64,000 bases of DNA from an uncultured delta proteobacterium (GTDB taxonomy: Bacteria > Desulfobacterota > Binatia > HRBIN30 > BPIQ01). A model generated the notes under the pieces. It had not been told where the DNA came from. It made no database searches and saw only the letters and a list, made by a program, of their open reading frames with translations. Below are positions 40,355 to 48,769 of the stretch, one piece after another (position 1 is the stretch's first letter; each line of letters starts with the position of its first letter). The DNA lies in contig CAVXGR010000018.1 of assembly GCA_963761335.1 (NCBI GenBank), positions 544,001-608,000 on the forward strand, written 5' to 3'. Position numbers and translations under genes: made by a program.

Positions 40355-41816
40355 GAATCCCTTCACTGATGTCTCGAGGTGCTGTGGTTGCCCAGCGCGC
40401 CAGGATTTCGGCCGTGCGCGAGTCGGTCTCGTTCGCCAGGAGCTCGAACAGTCGCCGCGAGACGGCCATGTGCTCCTTGCACTCGAATGAATGCGGGCGC
40501 TGCCCGAAGAGATCTCCCCGGGTGGCAAAGCTGTGCACGGGGTCGATGCCGCAGAAGGGCTTGTTCCAGCAGTCGGCGCACATCGGCTGCGCGTCGAGGA
40601 GGGAAGCCGCGGCAATGGCGCGCACGGTGGGGTGCTGCAGCACCTCGGCCAGGGTCAGGGTGCGCACATCGCCGATCGCGAAGATCGGATCGCCGGTGAA
40701 GTCGATCAGCCGTGCCTCCTCGCAGGGAAAGACGCGTCCATCGGCATCGTAGGCGAGCTCGGACGTTCCAGCTGCGGCTGGAGACTGGATGTCGCACACT
40801 CCAGGGTCTTCCGAGGTGAGGATGCGAGTCGCGAAGATCCGTGCGGTACCCTCGACGATGTCGACGCCCTGGCGGTTGAGCTCGAGGATGTAATCCAGGG
40901 CGCGCCGATAGAAGTCGAGGTACTCCTCAGCGGAGTAGCCGATCTCCGACCAGACGTCGCCGGAGATGCCGAGAGGATTGAGAGGTCGCAGGTAGATCGC
41001 GCCGAGTCCCCGGGCCACGTACTCGTCCACCAGCCCTTGCGGTTCCTCGAGGGTTCGCCGAGTTACATTGGCGCGCGCCTCGATCGCCCGGATGCGAGAA
41101 TCCTGGCCGCTCTCCACAGACTGGCGCTGAAAGTAATCGATCCAGCGAATCACCTCGGCATGGGTGCTGCCGCCGATCCACCGGCGATTCCAATCGTGAA
41201 TGCCCGCCGGTCCGTCGAGATCCGTCCGCACGCGGACGTCGTTGGCGATCAGCCACTCGGCAGACTCCGCGGTCATGGCGGTGAGATTGGTCACCAGTCG
41301 GAAGGCCAGCGTCTTGCCGGCCGTCTGCATGTTGCGCGAGCGCGCCAGATCCAGCAGATGGCGCAGCACGTCGAAGCTCGCCAGGGGCTCGCCGTCGCCG
41401 GCGCGGAGCTCGAAGGTGATCGACGGCGAAGTGCTCTGCAGAGCTACCTCGGCCACTTGCGCGGCAGTCTCCGGGCTCATGTCGACGGCTGTTCCTTCGC
41501 CGCTCCGGCGAAGGTTGACGACGTGCAGATGCGGCCCGCGACCGACGTGGCGATTGCGCCGCGCCACCCGGTCGGCGAAGGCGTCGAGGTCGAGCCCGTC
41601 GCGCAGGAAGCCCATGCGCTTGAACTCCTCAAACCGGGAATGACCTTCGGCAACGCGTCCGGCGAGCAGCTCATCCAGCTCCGCCTCGCTCAGAAGCGCC
41701 CAGTCGCCGGCGTCGTTGGTGACCAGGATCTTGCCGGCGACGCGTCCCCAGCGGAAGAATCCGAGCCGGTCCTCAGCGAGATCCTGGCGCGACAGCGTCA
41801 GGCTGCGTCGGTCCAC
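40326..41816 (-). CDS. HxsB-like paralog lacking the radical-SAM CxxxCxxC motif
   Basis: Colinear with 55771..57321 (LVTNDAGDW, GPHLH, DMSPE, LVTNL, DLDGP, LDYILELNRQG, CADCWNKPFCG), but the HRCNHGCQYC segment is missing. Confidence 0.85.
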   Translation of the reverse strand: MDRRSLTLSRQDLAEDRLGFFRWGRVAGKILVTNDAGDWALLSEAELDELLAGRVAEGHSRFEEFKRMGFLRDGLDLDAFADRVARRNRHVGRGPHLHVVNLRRSGEGTAVDMSPETAAQVAEVALQSTSPSITFELRAGDGEPLASFDVLRHLLDLARSRNMQTAGKTLAFRLVTNLTAMTAESAEWLIANDVRVRTDLDGPAGIHDWNRRWIGGSTHAEVIRWIDYFQRQSVESGQDSRIRAIEARANVTRRTLEEPQGLVDEYVARGLGAIYLRPLNPLGISGDVWSEIGYSAEEYLDFYRRALDYILELNRQGVDIVEGTARIFATRILTSEDPGVCDIQSPAAAGTSELAYDADGRVFPCEEARLIDFTGDPIFAIGDVRTLTLAEVLQHPTVRAIAAASLLDAQPMCADCWNKPFCGIDPVHSFATRGDLFGQRPHSFECKEHMAVSRRLFELLANETDSRTAEILARWATTAPRDISEGIHDAGGPSRS

Positions 41817-42058
41817 TAACTCTCCTCCGCCAGAGCCGCCTGACGCATTCGCGAAATGGTCTCGTGCAAGACGTGATTGCAGAAGGCGTTGGCTACCATC
41901 TCGGCATCATCTTCGGCAACGCCGGAGATGATGGTCTCGATGGCGTCGGCGGCGGCAGTCACTTCGATCTGGGCGTGCTCGGCGTAGGCCGCCGCGGCGG
42001 CGTCGACGGCCTCAGGCAGGTATAGCGATCGGTCGAAGGCGATGCGCTTGGTCATCAC
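41816..42058 (-). CDS. HxsD-like small protein
   Basis: FDRSLYLPEAVDAAAAAY...NAFCNHVL; paralog of 55524..55778. Confidence 0.75.
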   Translation of the reverse strand: MMTKRIAFDRSLYLPEAVDAAAAAYAEHAQIEVTAAADAIETIISGVAEDDAEMVANAFCNHVLHETISRMRQAALAEES

Positions 42059-42540
42059 TCCGTTTCCGGATCCTTCTTCGGCCCGGGCTCCTCGGTGGCG
42101 CCGCCGTGCTTCTCCTCCCATGGGACCATGATCTCCAGCGGGTCCTCGAGCAGCTCTTCGGCCTCCAGCTCGGCCAGCAGGTCGTCGACGGAGGGTGCCG
42201 AGGCGGCGGCGCGAAGCGCAGCCGCCGTGTAGTAGTCGCGAATATGCGTGGTCGCCTGGGAGAGGCGCAGGCGGGTGGCCTGCGACAGAAGCTCGTTGGC
42301 GAACTCACCGGCGAGGGCGTCCAGCTCCGCGGGTGTTGCAGGGGTCCGCGAGGTCAGCCTCGCGGTCACCACTTGCGGCTTCGGCCTCGACAGATAGACG
42401 AAGCACTTCTCGACGAACAGGTAGCAGGCGCCGTAGATGGCGTCGAGAGGATAGATGCTCTCGTCGACCTCGAAGGAGATCTGGTCAGGTCCCAGAGAGA
42501 AGCCGAGGCGAGACTGCTGCTCGGCGTCGGTCGCGGACAC
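42055..42540 (-). CDS. hxsD: His-Xaa-Ser system protein HxsD
   Basis: VDESIYPLDAIYGACYLF...LAGEFANELL...T..IRD; C-terminal LEDPLEIMVPWEEK; paralog of 55072..55527. Confidence 0.8.
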   Translation of the reverse strand: MSATDAEQQSRLGFSLGPDQISFEVDESIYPLDAIYGACYLFVEKCFVYLSRPKPQVVTARLTSRTPATPAELDALAGEFANELLSQATRLRLSQATTHIRDYYTAAALRAAASAPSVDDLLAELEAEELLEDPLEIMVPWEEKHGGATEEPGPKKDPETE

Positions 42541-42544
42541 TGCG

Positions 42545-43201
42545 CTACCTCAACCTCCGATCCACGGGACCCGAGAACAGGCGCAGGCGCTCCGACTGCG
42601 GCATCAGCGCCGCCATAAGAGGCCTGTTCTTCCACTTGGTTTCGTTGCGGGCGAGCACGTGGGCCAAGCGCGCAACCGCTTGGGCCAATCCTTCTTCCGT
42701 GGGCAGGTCTCCTCGTCCGCCATTCATGACCACGAGATCGAGACCCTTCGTGTGGACCAAGCCCTGCGGACGCCCATCGTTGCGGCAGAGATGGACGCGG
42801 TGTTCTCGACCCCGCGGATTCACCAGGGTCAGCACGCAGGTGCCGTCAACGACTCCGGTCAGGCCTGCGACGCGCCACCCATATGCCACCAATGATCCCT
42901 TGGCGAGTGGCCGAAGCAGCTCCCAGGGAGGCGGCGCGCCGAGGGTGCTCGCCGGCCCGGCGTCGACGACAGCGGGCTGCGGATCTACGGCCTTTCGAGG
43001 GTCGCCGACTGGCTCTGGAGCTGGAACGATCGCCTCCGTGGCGGCGGTCGCCGCTTGGATGGATCCCTCTTGATCCAGGGCAGAGCCGGTGACTGGCTCG
43101 GCGCGGCGTGCTGAGGCAAAGCTGGTCCGTGCCAGCCCCGCGGCCCACATCATGGCCGTACCGGCTGCGAGCCTTCCGACCAAATCACGTCGCGACAGCA
43201 T
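42545..43201 (-). CDS. Tat-signal hypothetical protein (paralog of 45956..46543)
   Basis: MLSRRDLVGRLAAG; GWRVAGL...CRNDGRPQGLVHT..DLVVMNGGRGDLPTEEGLAQAV. Confidence 0.75.
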   Translation of the reverse strand: MLSRRDLVGRLAAGTAMMWAAGLARTSFASARRAEPVTGSALDQEGSIQAATAATEAIVPAPEPVGDPRKAVDPQPAVVDAGPASTLGAPPPWELLRPLAKGSLVAYGWRVAGLTGVVDGTCVLTLVNPRGREHRVHLCRNDGRPQGLVHTKGLDLVVMNGGRGDLPTEEGLAQAVARLAHVLARNETKWKNRPLMAALMPQSERLRLFSGPVDRRLR

Positions 43202-43270
43202 GCCGCACCTCCTTCCGTTCATCCAATATTTCTCCTGCTACCACAGGCATTTTACGTTCGCAACGCGACA

Positions 43271-45325
43271 TCAGTCGTTCTTGTCGAGGAACCTGTCGCC
43301 CTCGTTCTTCGTCGCCGGGGCCGTGTAGTCGGCAGTCCAGCACTCACCGTTGCTGTTGACGAGCTGAACCGTCATCATCGGATCCTGGTTGAGCGGGATC
43401 AGCGGCTCGAGGCTGGCGAAGTCGAGGTTCAGACCCTTCGCCAGGACGACGAGCTTGGCGCTGGCGCTCCCCGCCTTCAGGCGGATGGTCTTGATGCCGC
43501 GCTGGGTCGAGTCCCTGTCCTTGTAGCGGAAGCCACTGACTCCGGTCGCCTTCCAGCACGGATGAGAGCCGCAGGTGCTGCTGCCCGGAATACCGGCGGT
43601 CAGCAAGCGGATCGGCGTGCCCGACGAGTAGTCGTATACGCAGAAGGAGTAGAAGGTCGAGGTGTTGACCGGGTCGCCGAAGTCGGGCGGCGAGGTGACG
43701 TCCCCGTACGATCGCACCGCCGACCAGGTCCACTTCAGCAGGTCCCTCTTGTCCGGGGACTTGTCGCGGATCAGCAGCAGCGACTTCTTCGGCTGTATCG
43801 TGATGTGGCACAGGTTCGCCGGCAGCGGCGTCAGGGCGCAGGGGTTGGGTGTCGGGGTCGCCGTGGGCGTCGGACTCGGAGTGGCGGTCGGGGTATCCGT
43901 CGGGGTCACGGTCGGCGTATTGGTCGGCGTGCTGGTCGGCGTATCCGTCGGCGTCACGGTCGGCGTATCCGTCGGCGTGCTGGTCGGCGTGTTGGTCGGC
44001 GTGCTGGTCGGCGTATCCGTCGGCGTGCTGGTCGGCGTTTCCGTCGGCGTGCTGGTCGGCGTATTCGTCGGCGTATTCGTCGGGGTGTTGGTCGGGGTGT
44101 TGGTCGGCGTGCTCGTCGGCGTGCTCGTCGGCGTATCCGTCGGCGTGCTCGTCGGCGTGTTGGTCGGCGTGCTCGTCGGCGTGCTCGTCGGCGTGCTCGT
44201 CGGCGTGCTCGTGGACGTCGGCGTATTGGTCGGGGTGCTCGTCGGTGTCCGCGTCGGCGTTTCCGTCGGCGTATCGGTCGGCGTGCTCGTCGGCGTCACC
44301 GTCGGCGTATTGGTGCTGGTCGGTGTCCTCGTCGGGGTGCTCGTGGACGTCGGCGTGTTGGTCGGCGTGCTCGTCGGCGTGCTCGTCGGCGTACTCGTCG
44401 GCGTGTTGGTTGGCGTGCGGGTCGGTGTCTGCGTCGGCGTGTTGGTCACCGTCGGCGTGCGTGTCGGGGTGCTGGTCGGCGTCTGCGTCGGCGTGCAGGC
44501 CGGGTTGAAATCGGCCGGGCACGAGGCGCTCGAGCCCGTGCAGGTCTCGGCGACGTCACAGGCGCCGGCGTCGGGCCGGCAGACCTGACCGCTGCCGCGG
44601 AAGGTGCAGCTGCTGGTGCAGCAAGAGGTCGAGCTGCCGTTCGAGCCGCCGAGGTCGCACTGCTCGGCGCTGTTGTTCGTGTCGGTCACGCCGTCGCCGC
44701 AGTCCGAGTAGTAGAAGGCGACGTCGACGCTGCTGTAGTCGGAGGCGCCTGACGACGGTGTGTGTGTGTTGTTGTAGTTGGTCAGGGCGTAGTCGAGAGA
44801 GAAGGTCGGGGCGCTGGCTTTGACATCGACCCGGAACGTGAAGGAGGTGCCGCTGGTGAGCTGGAAGAGGTAGCGGATGTCGCCATAGGTGCCGCTGTCG
44901 GCGGGGCTGCCGCCGGCGGCGATCGTCGATGCGGAGCCGGAGACTCGGGTGATGACCAGCTGGTTGCTCACCGTTTGCGACCCGTTGATCTGGTCGGCGA
45001 CGCTGGTCGAGCTGGTGTAGGTGATCGACGTGGAGTTGCTGGTCGAGTACTTGAAGATGGCGCTCCCCGAGGGGGCGGAGCCCGTCATGGTGTTGCCGTT
45101 CACATTCGAGGCCGCCCGGATGCCGAAGTACACGTTGGAGTGCGAGCCGAGGCTCACTCCGGAGCAGGTGACCGTGGCGCCGCCGCTGGAGCTGGGCACG
45201 CCGCTGACGCTGCAGGAGCCGCCCCCTGGGAGGCTGTACGTCGGGCCGCCGGTGATCACCAGCGCCGAGGCGCTGCTGGCGACGCCGAATAGAATGAGCG
45301 CCGCAAGGATTGCACCACGCTGCAT
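43271..45325 (-). CDS. Secreted Ser/Thr-rich protein with Cys-rich repeat, long TPT[S/N/D] linker and conserved C-terminal domain
   Basis: GGAGG RBS before ATG 45325; signal peptide; CGDG...EQCDLG; about 200 aa of PT repeats; C-terminal domain like that of 6565..8280. Confidence 0.8.
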   Translation of the reverse strand: MQRGAILAALILFGVASSASALVITGGPTYSLPGGGSCSVSGVPSSSGGATVTCSGVSLGSHSNVYFGIRAASNVNGNTMTGSAPSGSAIFKYSTSNSTSITYTSSTSVADQINGSQTVSNQLVITRVSGSASTIAAGGSPADSGTYGDIRYLFQLTSGTSFTFRVDVKASAPTFSLDYALTNYNNTHTPSSGASDYSSVDVAFYYSDCGDGVTDTNNSAEQCDLGGSNGSSTSCCTSSCTFRGSGQVCRPDAGACDVAETCTGSSASCPADFNPACTPTQTPTSTPTRTPTVTNTPTQTPTRTPTNTPTSTPTSTPTSTPTNTPTSTSTPTRTPTSTNTPTVTPTSTPTDTPTETPTRTPTSTPTNTPTSTSTPTSTPTSTPTSTPTNTPTSTPTDTPTSTPTSTPTNTPTNTPTNTPTNTPTSTPTETPTSTPTDTPTSTPTNTPTSTPTDTPTVTPTDTPTSTPTNTPTVTPTDTPTATPSPTPTATPTPNPCALTPLPANLCHITIQPKKSLLLIRDKSPDKRDLLKWTWSAVRSYGDVTSPPDFGDPVNTSTFYSFCVYDYSSGTPIRLLTAGIPGSSTCGSHPCWKATGVSGFRYKDRDSTQRGIKTIRLKAGSASAKLVVLAKGLNLDFASLEPLIPLNQDPMMTVQLVNSNGECWTADYTAPATKNEGDRFLDKND
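43848..44495 (-). repeat. Coding 12-bp tandem repeat (Thr-Pro-Thr-Xaa linker)
   Basis: Imperfect gtcggcgtgctc/gtcggcgtatcc units. Confidence 0.9.
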
Positions 45326-45468
45326 CGTCCACCTCCGCCGTGGGTTGTGAAGCGAGCTCGAAGAGATGCGCACCGCAACGGAATCCGCGGCTGATCTTCC
45401 CCCGTTTGGCCGAAATAACGTCATCAAGGCGCCTCCGCTAGCGCTGCGGTGCTGTTTGCACCAGGGTG

Positions 45469-45858
45469 TCACCACGATCCGTGCGAGCCGTGACTGCCAT
45501 GAGACCCGTGACTCCCGTGGGACCCGTGGCTGCCGTGCGAGCCGTGGCTTCCATGTGAACCGTGGCTTCCATGCGAGCCGTGGCTGCCGTGCGAGCCGTG
45601 GCTGCCGTGTGAGCCATGGCTGCCGTGCGAGCCGTGGCTGCCGTGCGAGCCGTGGCTGCCGTGCGAGCCGTGCGAGGCGTGCGACATGTGCTGCGCCAGC
45701 ATCATGCTTTCATTGCTGGGGTCGGTCCGCAGGGCCTGAGCCGCTGCCGCAGGATCGACGGCACCGACCGGTTTCACCGCCTGGCGGGCCTCGTCGCGGC
45801 TGAGAAAATCCAATGGCGTCTTCCGCAATGAGGGAAGCGCGTTCTTCTTCTGGCTCAT
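45469..45858 (-). CDS. hxsA: His-Xaa-Ser repeat precursor peptide (HxsA-like): 56-aa leader + HMS-HAS-(HGS)22-W
   Basis: 24 in-frame H-x-S triplets (45475-45690); AAGGAGGG RBS upstream; located among hxsB/C/D-like genes. Confidence 0.9.
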   Translation of the reverse strand: MSQKKNALPSLRKTPLDFLSRDEARQAVKPVGAVDPAAAAQALRTDPSNESMMLAQHMSHASHGSHGSHGSHGSHGSHGSHGSHGSHGSHGSHGSHGSHGSHGSHGSHGSHGSHGSHGSHGSHGSHGSW

Positions 45859-45955
45859 TGTCCCTCCTTCACCGTGGGCGCATCATCGACGCGATACGCC
45901 CCCCTATCTCGATTCGTAGCCACAACCGACCCCGGCCATTGCGCCGTGGAGACCC

Positions 45956-46543
45956 TCATCGCAACCTCGCCCCACTGGCAGCGGCAAATCGCTCGAGGCG
46001 CTCCGCGTGGGACAACAGCGCCGAGGCGAGCTGCCGCTGTCGGTTCGCCTCGTTGGCCGCGAGCACGCGCCCCACAGCGGCCACCGCCTGGGCCAATCCC
46101 TCTTCCGTGGGTAGATCTCCTCTGCCGCCGTTCATCACCACCAGATCGAATCGTCGGGTATGCACGAGACCTTGGGGCCGACCGTCGTTGCGGCAGATGT
46201 GCACGCGGTGCGAGCGCCCGCGCCGGTTCTCCAGCGCCAGCACGCAGGAGCCGTCTTCCTCTCCGCTCAAGCCAGCCACCCGCCAGCCATGGGCCACTGC
46301 GGACCCGATTCCCAGCGGCTGCAACAGATCCAAGGGTGGGCTGCTCGGCGGCGCGGGCTCGGCCGCGGACATGGCGGCCTCCGCTGCCGGAGCTGTGGCC
46401 GACTGCTCTTCACCGCTCTGCGCCAATGCGGAAACACCAATATCGTCGCGAGCGGATTTCGCCTCCGCCCGCCCGATGTTGGCAGACCACGCCACGGCAG
46501 CACCGGCCGCCAGCTTTCCGACGAACGCCCGTCGGGACAGCAT
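45956..46543 (-). CDS. Tat-signal hypothetical protein (paralog of 42545..43201)
   Basis: MLSRRAFVGKLAAGAAVAW...AEA; same conserved domain as its paralog. Confidence 0.75.
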   Translation of the reverse strand: MLSRRAFVGKLAAGAAVAWSANIGRAEAKSARDDIGVSALAQSGEEQSATAPAAEAAMSAAEPAPPSSPPLDLLQPLGIGSAVAHGWRVAGLSGEEDGSCVLALENRRGRSHRVHICRNDGRPQGLVHTRRFDLVVMNGGRGDLPTEEGLAQAVAAVGRVLAANEANRQRQLASALLSHAERLERFAAASGARLR

Positions 46544-46912
46544 GCAGTTTTCCCCCCCTACAACTAGACAGGAACTAAAGGTTCGTAACGGGCGTATCAC
46601 AAGGCCGACGGACGAGTAAAGAAAAATTTTCGCGCGACCCCGGGAATTCTGTCGTCCGTCGAGAATGCGCCTCGGCGTGGCGCACCGCTGTCCGCCGGCC
46701 CTTTGCGTTCGAAAAAAATCTGGCGTCTCTTCAGGTGTCGTGATACGCGTTTCCTCTGACACGAGACGAATCTCTTACGTCTGTTGACAAGTGCGCGATA
46801 GAAAGGGATTCAGCAGGGGGGGCAAGAATCGCGCGAAGGACGGCGTACGGCTCTCGGCCGGCGACCGCGAACGAAGCAGCAGGACTGATCCCATTCGTGC
46901 AGAGAATCTTCT
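46544..46912. promoter_or_regulatory. Divergent intergenic/promoter region between the two Hxs arms
   Basis: Relatively AT-rich, between divergent operons; TTGACA at 46784, but no convincing -10 at canonical spacing. Confidence 0.4.
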
Positions 46913-48769
46913 TTGATGCACACTGATCCCTCGATCGACGCGGTTGGTGGTCTGACCCAGTTGAGCGGCGAGGCCGCTCGACGTCTGCTCTCACCCAGCC
47001 GCGGGGCGGAGGTGGATCTGCGCCTCTCGTTGGTGCGCCAGCGCGCCATTCTGCCCTGGCGGTTTGTGCCGCCCGATGCTCGCGACGATCTGCGGTCGAG
47101 CGAGGTGATCGACGCTGCCCGGGCGGCCGGTGCACATGCGGGAGCCTTTCTCATTGGCGGCGGGGATCCCCTGCGGCGTCCCGATCTGTGGGATCTGCTG
47201 GCGGAGTTGGTGCGCCTCAGGCCGAATGATCTCGGACTCTGCATTTCCGGTCGCGGGCTGACGGCGCCGGTGATCGAGCGCCTGCGCGCCGCCGGCGTGC
47301 GGCGGCTGCACGTCCCCTTTCACTGCGCTCGGCAAGATGCCCACGATTGGTTGGTCGGCCAGCCGGGCGCCTTGAAGATGGCTCATCGCGCCATCCGCGC
47401 CGCTGCCGAAGCGGAGCTGCCGGTGGTCGCCGAGATCGTCCTGACGCGACCGACGGTGTTGCATCTGGCCGAGACGGTCGAGGTGCTGTCCCGCATCGGC
47501 GCCGGCGCCGTCTGTGTCCGGCGGCTGGCGGCGGAGGACACCGACGGCACCGCCTTCGTGCCGCTCTCTCCGCGCCTGTCCTTGGTGGGCGAGAGCCTCG
47601 AGCAGGCGGCGGCGGTGGCCCTGCGGCGCCGCCTACGGCTGCGTCTGCGCGACCTGCCCCTGTGTGTCGCGCCGCGGCTCCGGCGACTGTTCGCCGCCGC
47701 CGAGAGCGAGGCATGGGTGATGGCCGACGGCACCCTGAGCCGGCGCGCCGCGGCGGCACTGGGGTGCCCCGACTGCCCCGGACCTCCGCGCTGCGCCGGC
47801 GCGCCGAGCGACTACACGGCGCGCTTCGGCTGGGAGGAGTTCGCCGACGTGAGCGTCGCCGCGGCGCGGCTCAGAGAGAACGTCGAGGAGCAGCGGGCGC
47901 CGCATCTGTCGGCACCGATGGTCTTCGCCTGGCGCGGTCCACATCGAGTGCGCTGCGACGCCTGCGGCGACGGGGCGGAGGCGCAGTCCGGATACGAATC
48001 GACGCGAGCGGTGCGCGCCAGGCTGGTGCAGGCGGCGCGCTATCGGCCGTCGCTGCTGCGCTTGGTGGGGGCGGATCTTCTCGCCCACCCGCAGGCGGCG
48101 GCGCTGATCTTCGATGCGGTGCGGCTGTTCCCGCGCGTCGAGGTCGTCGGGGAGGCCAGCGCCGTGGTCGAATGGTCCGATCTCGACCTGCGCCGCTTGA
48201 AGGACCTGAAGCGCGTCGACGTCCCATTGTATGGGCCCGATGCGGCGACCCACGACTCCCACTGCGGTATTCCCGGAGCCTTCGCTGCGATGCTGCGCGG
48301 CGTCCAGCGTCTGGGCGCCCAGGAGATCCGGGTTGGCGCCTACGCCGTCCTTCATGACGCGCATCTGCTCGAGCGGTTCGCCGCAGCTTGGGACGCCGGT
48401 AGCTTGCCGGGCGAGCCCCGCTTTCGCCTCTCGGCCCGCGGCGCGTCTCTCGATGAGCTGGCGGAGGCGGCGCGCCGTTTGCCGAGCGGCCCGGCGCGCG
48501 CCGCGGTGGCGGCGCTCTTGCCCCGCTGCCTGTGGGACGATTCCGCCGCCGGCAGCGGCGGTCAGGTCCTGTTGGTTCAACGGCCGGAGCCGCAGCGGGT
48601 CGTCCACTGTGGCAGGAGCACTTCCTATCATTCATGCGGATCGGATCCGATCGGGGATTTTGAGACATGCCGTGAGGGCGCCGGTGCGTGCGCCGGCTCG
48701 GGATGTGTCGGAACCGCTGTCGGGTGGCGGACTGCGGCGAGGTCAGAGCGATGGAACGTGAGGATCTGA
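46913..48769 (+). CDS. Tandem degenerate HxsC-like radical-SAM-fold protein (no complete CxxxCxxC)
   Basis: Domain 1: GGGDPLRRPDL, HDWLVGQPGA, DLPLC, CPDC....RCAG. Domain 2: RCDAC, VGADLLAHP, LYGPDAATHDSHCGIPGAF, LPRC. Confidence 0.7.
   Translation: MMHTDPSIDAVGGLTQLSGEAARRLLSPSRGAEVDLRLSLVRQRAILPWRFVPPDARDDLRSSEVIDAARAAGAHAGAFLIGGGDPLRRPDLWDLLAELVRLRPNDLGLCISGRGLTAPVIERLRAAGVRRLHVPFHCARQDAHDWLVGQPGALKMAHRAIRAAAEAELPVVAEIVLTRPTVLHLAETVEVLSRIGAGAVCVRRLAAEDTDGTAFVPLSPRLSLVGESLEQAAAVALRRRLRLRLRDLPLCVAPRLRRLFAAAESEAWVMADGTLSRRAAAALGCPDCPGPPRCAGAPSDYTARFGWEEFADVSVAAARLRENVEEQRAPHLSAPMVFAWRGPHRVRCDACGDGAEAQSGYESTRAVRARLVQAARYRPSLLRLVGADLLAHPQAAALIFDAVRLFPRVEVVGEASAVVEWSDLDLRRLKDLKRVDVPLYGPDAATHDSHCGIPGAFAAMLRGVQRLGAQEIRVGAYAVLHDAHLLERFAAAWDAGSLPGEPRFRLSARGASLDELAEAARRLPSGPARAAVAALLPRCLWDDSAAGSGGQVLLVQRPEPQRVVHCGRSTSYHSCGSDPIGDFETCREGAGACAGSGCVGTAVGWRTAARSERWNVRI

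Noticed and set aside
43344..44522. ORF with HADE/HADQ His-rich repeats as a second His-repeat precursor
   Set aside because: It is an alternative frame of the TPTx linker of 43271..45325, which has the RBS, signal peptide and conserved domains
43848..45690. Tandem repeats as a CRISPR array
   Set aside because: 9- and 12-bp contiguous coding repeats with no unique spacers and no cas genes
45366..45831. ASRGCR and AAVRAV repeat ORFs on the plus strand
   Set aside because: Antisense shadows of the HGS precursor; the variation is synonymous only in the minus-strand HGS frame
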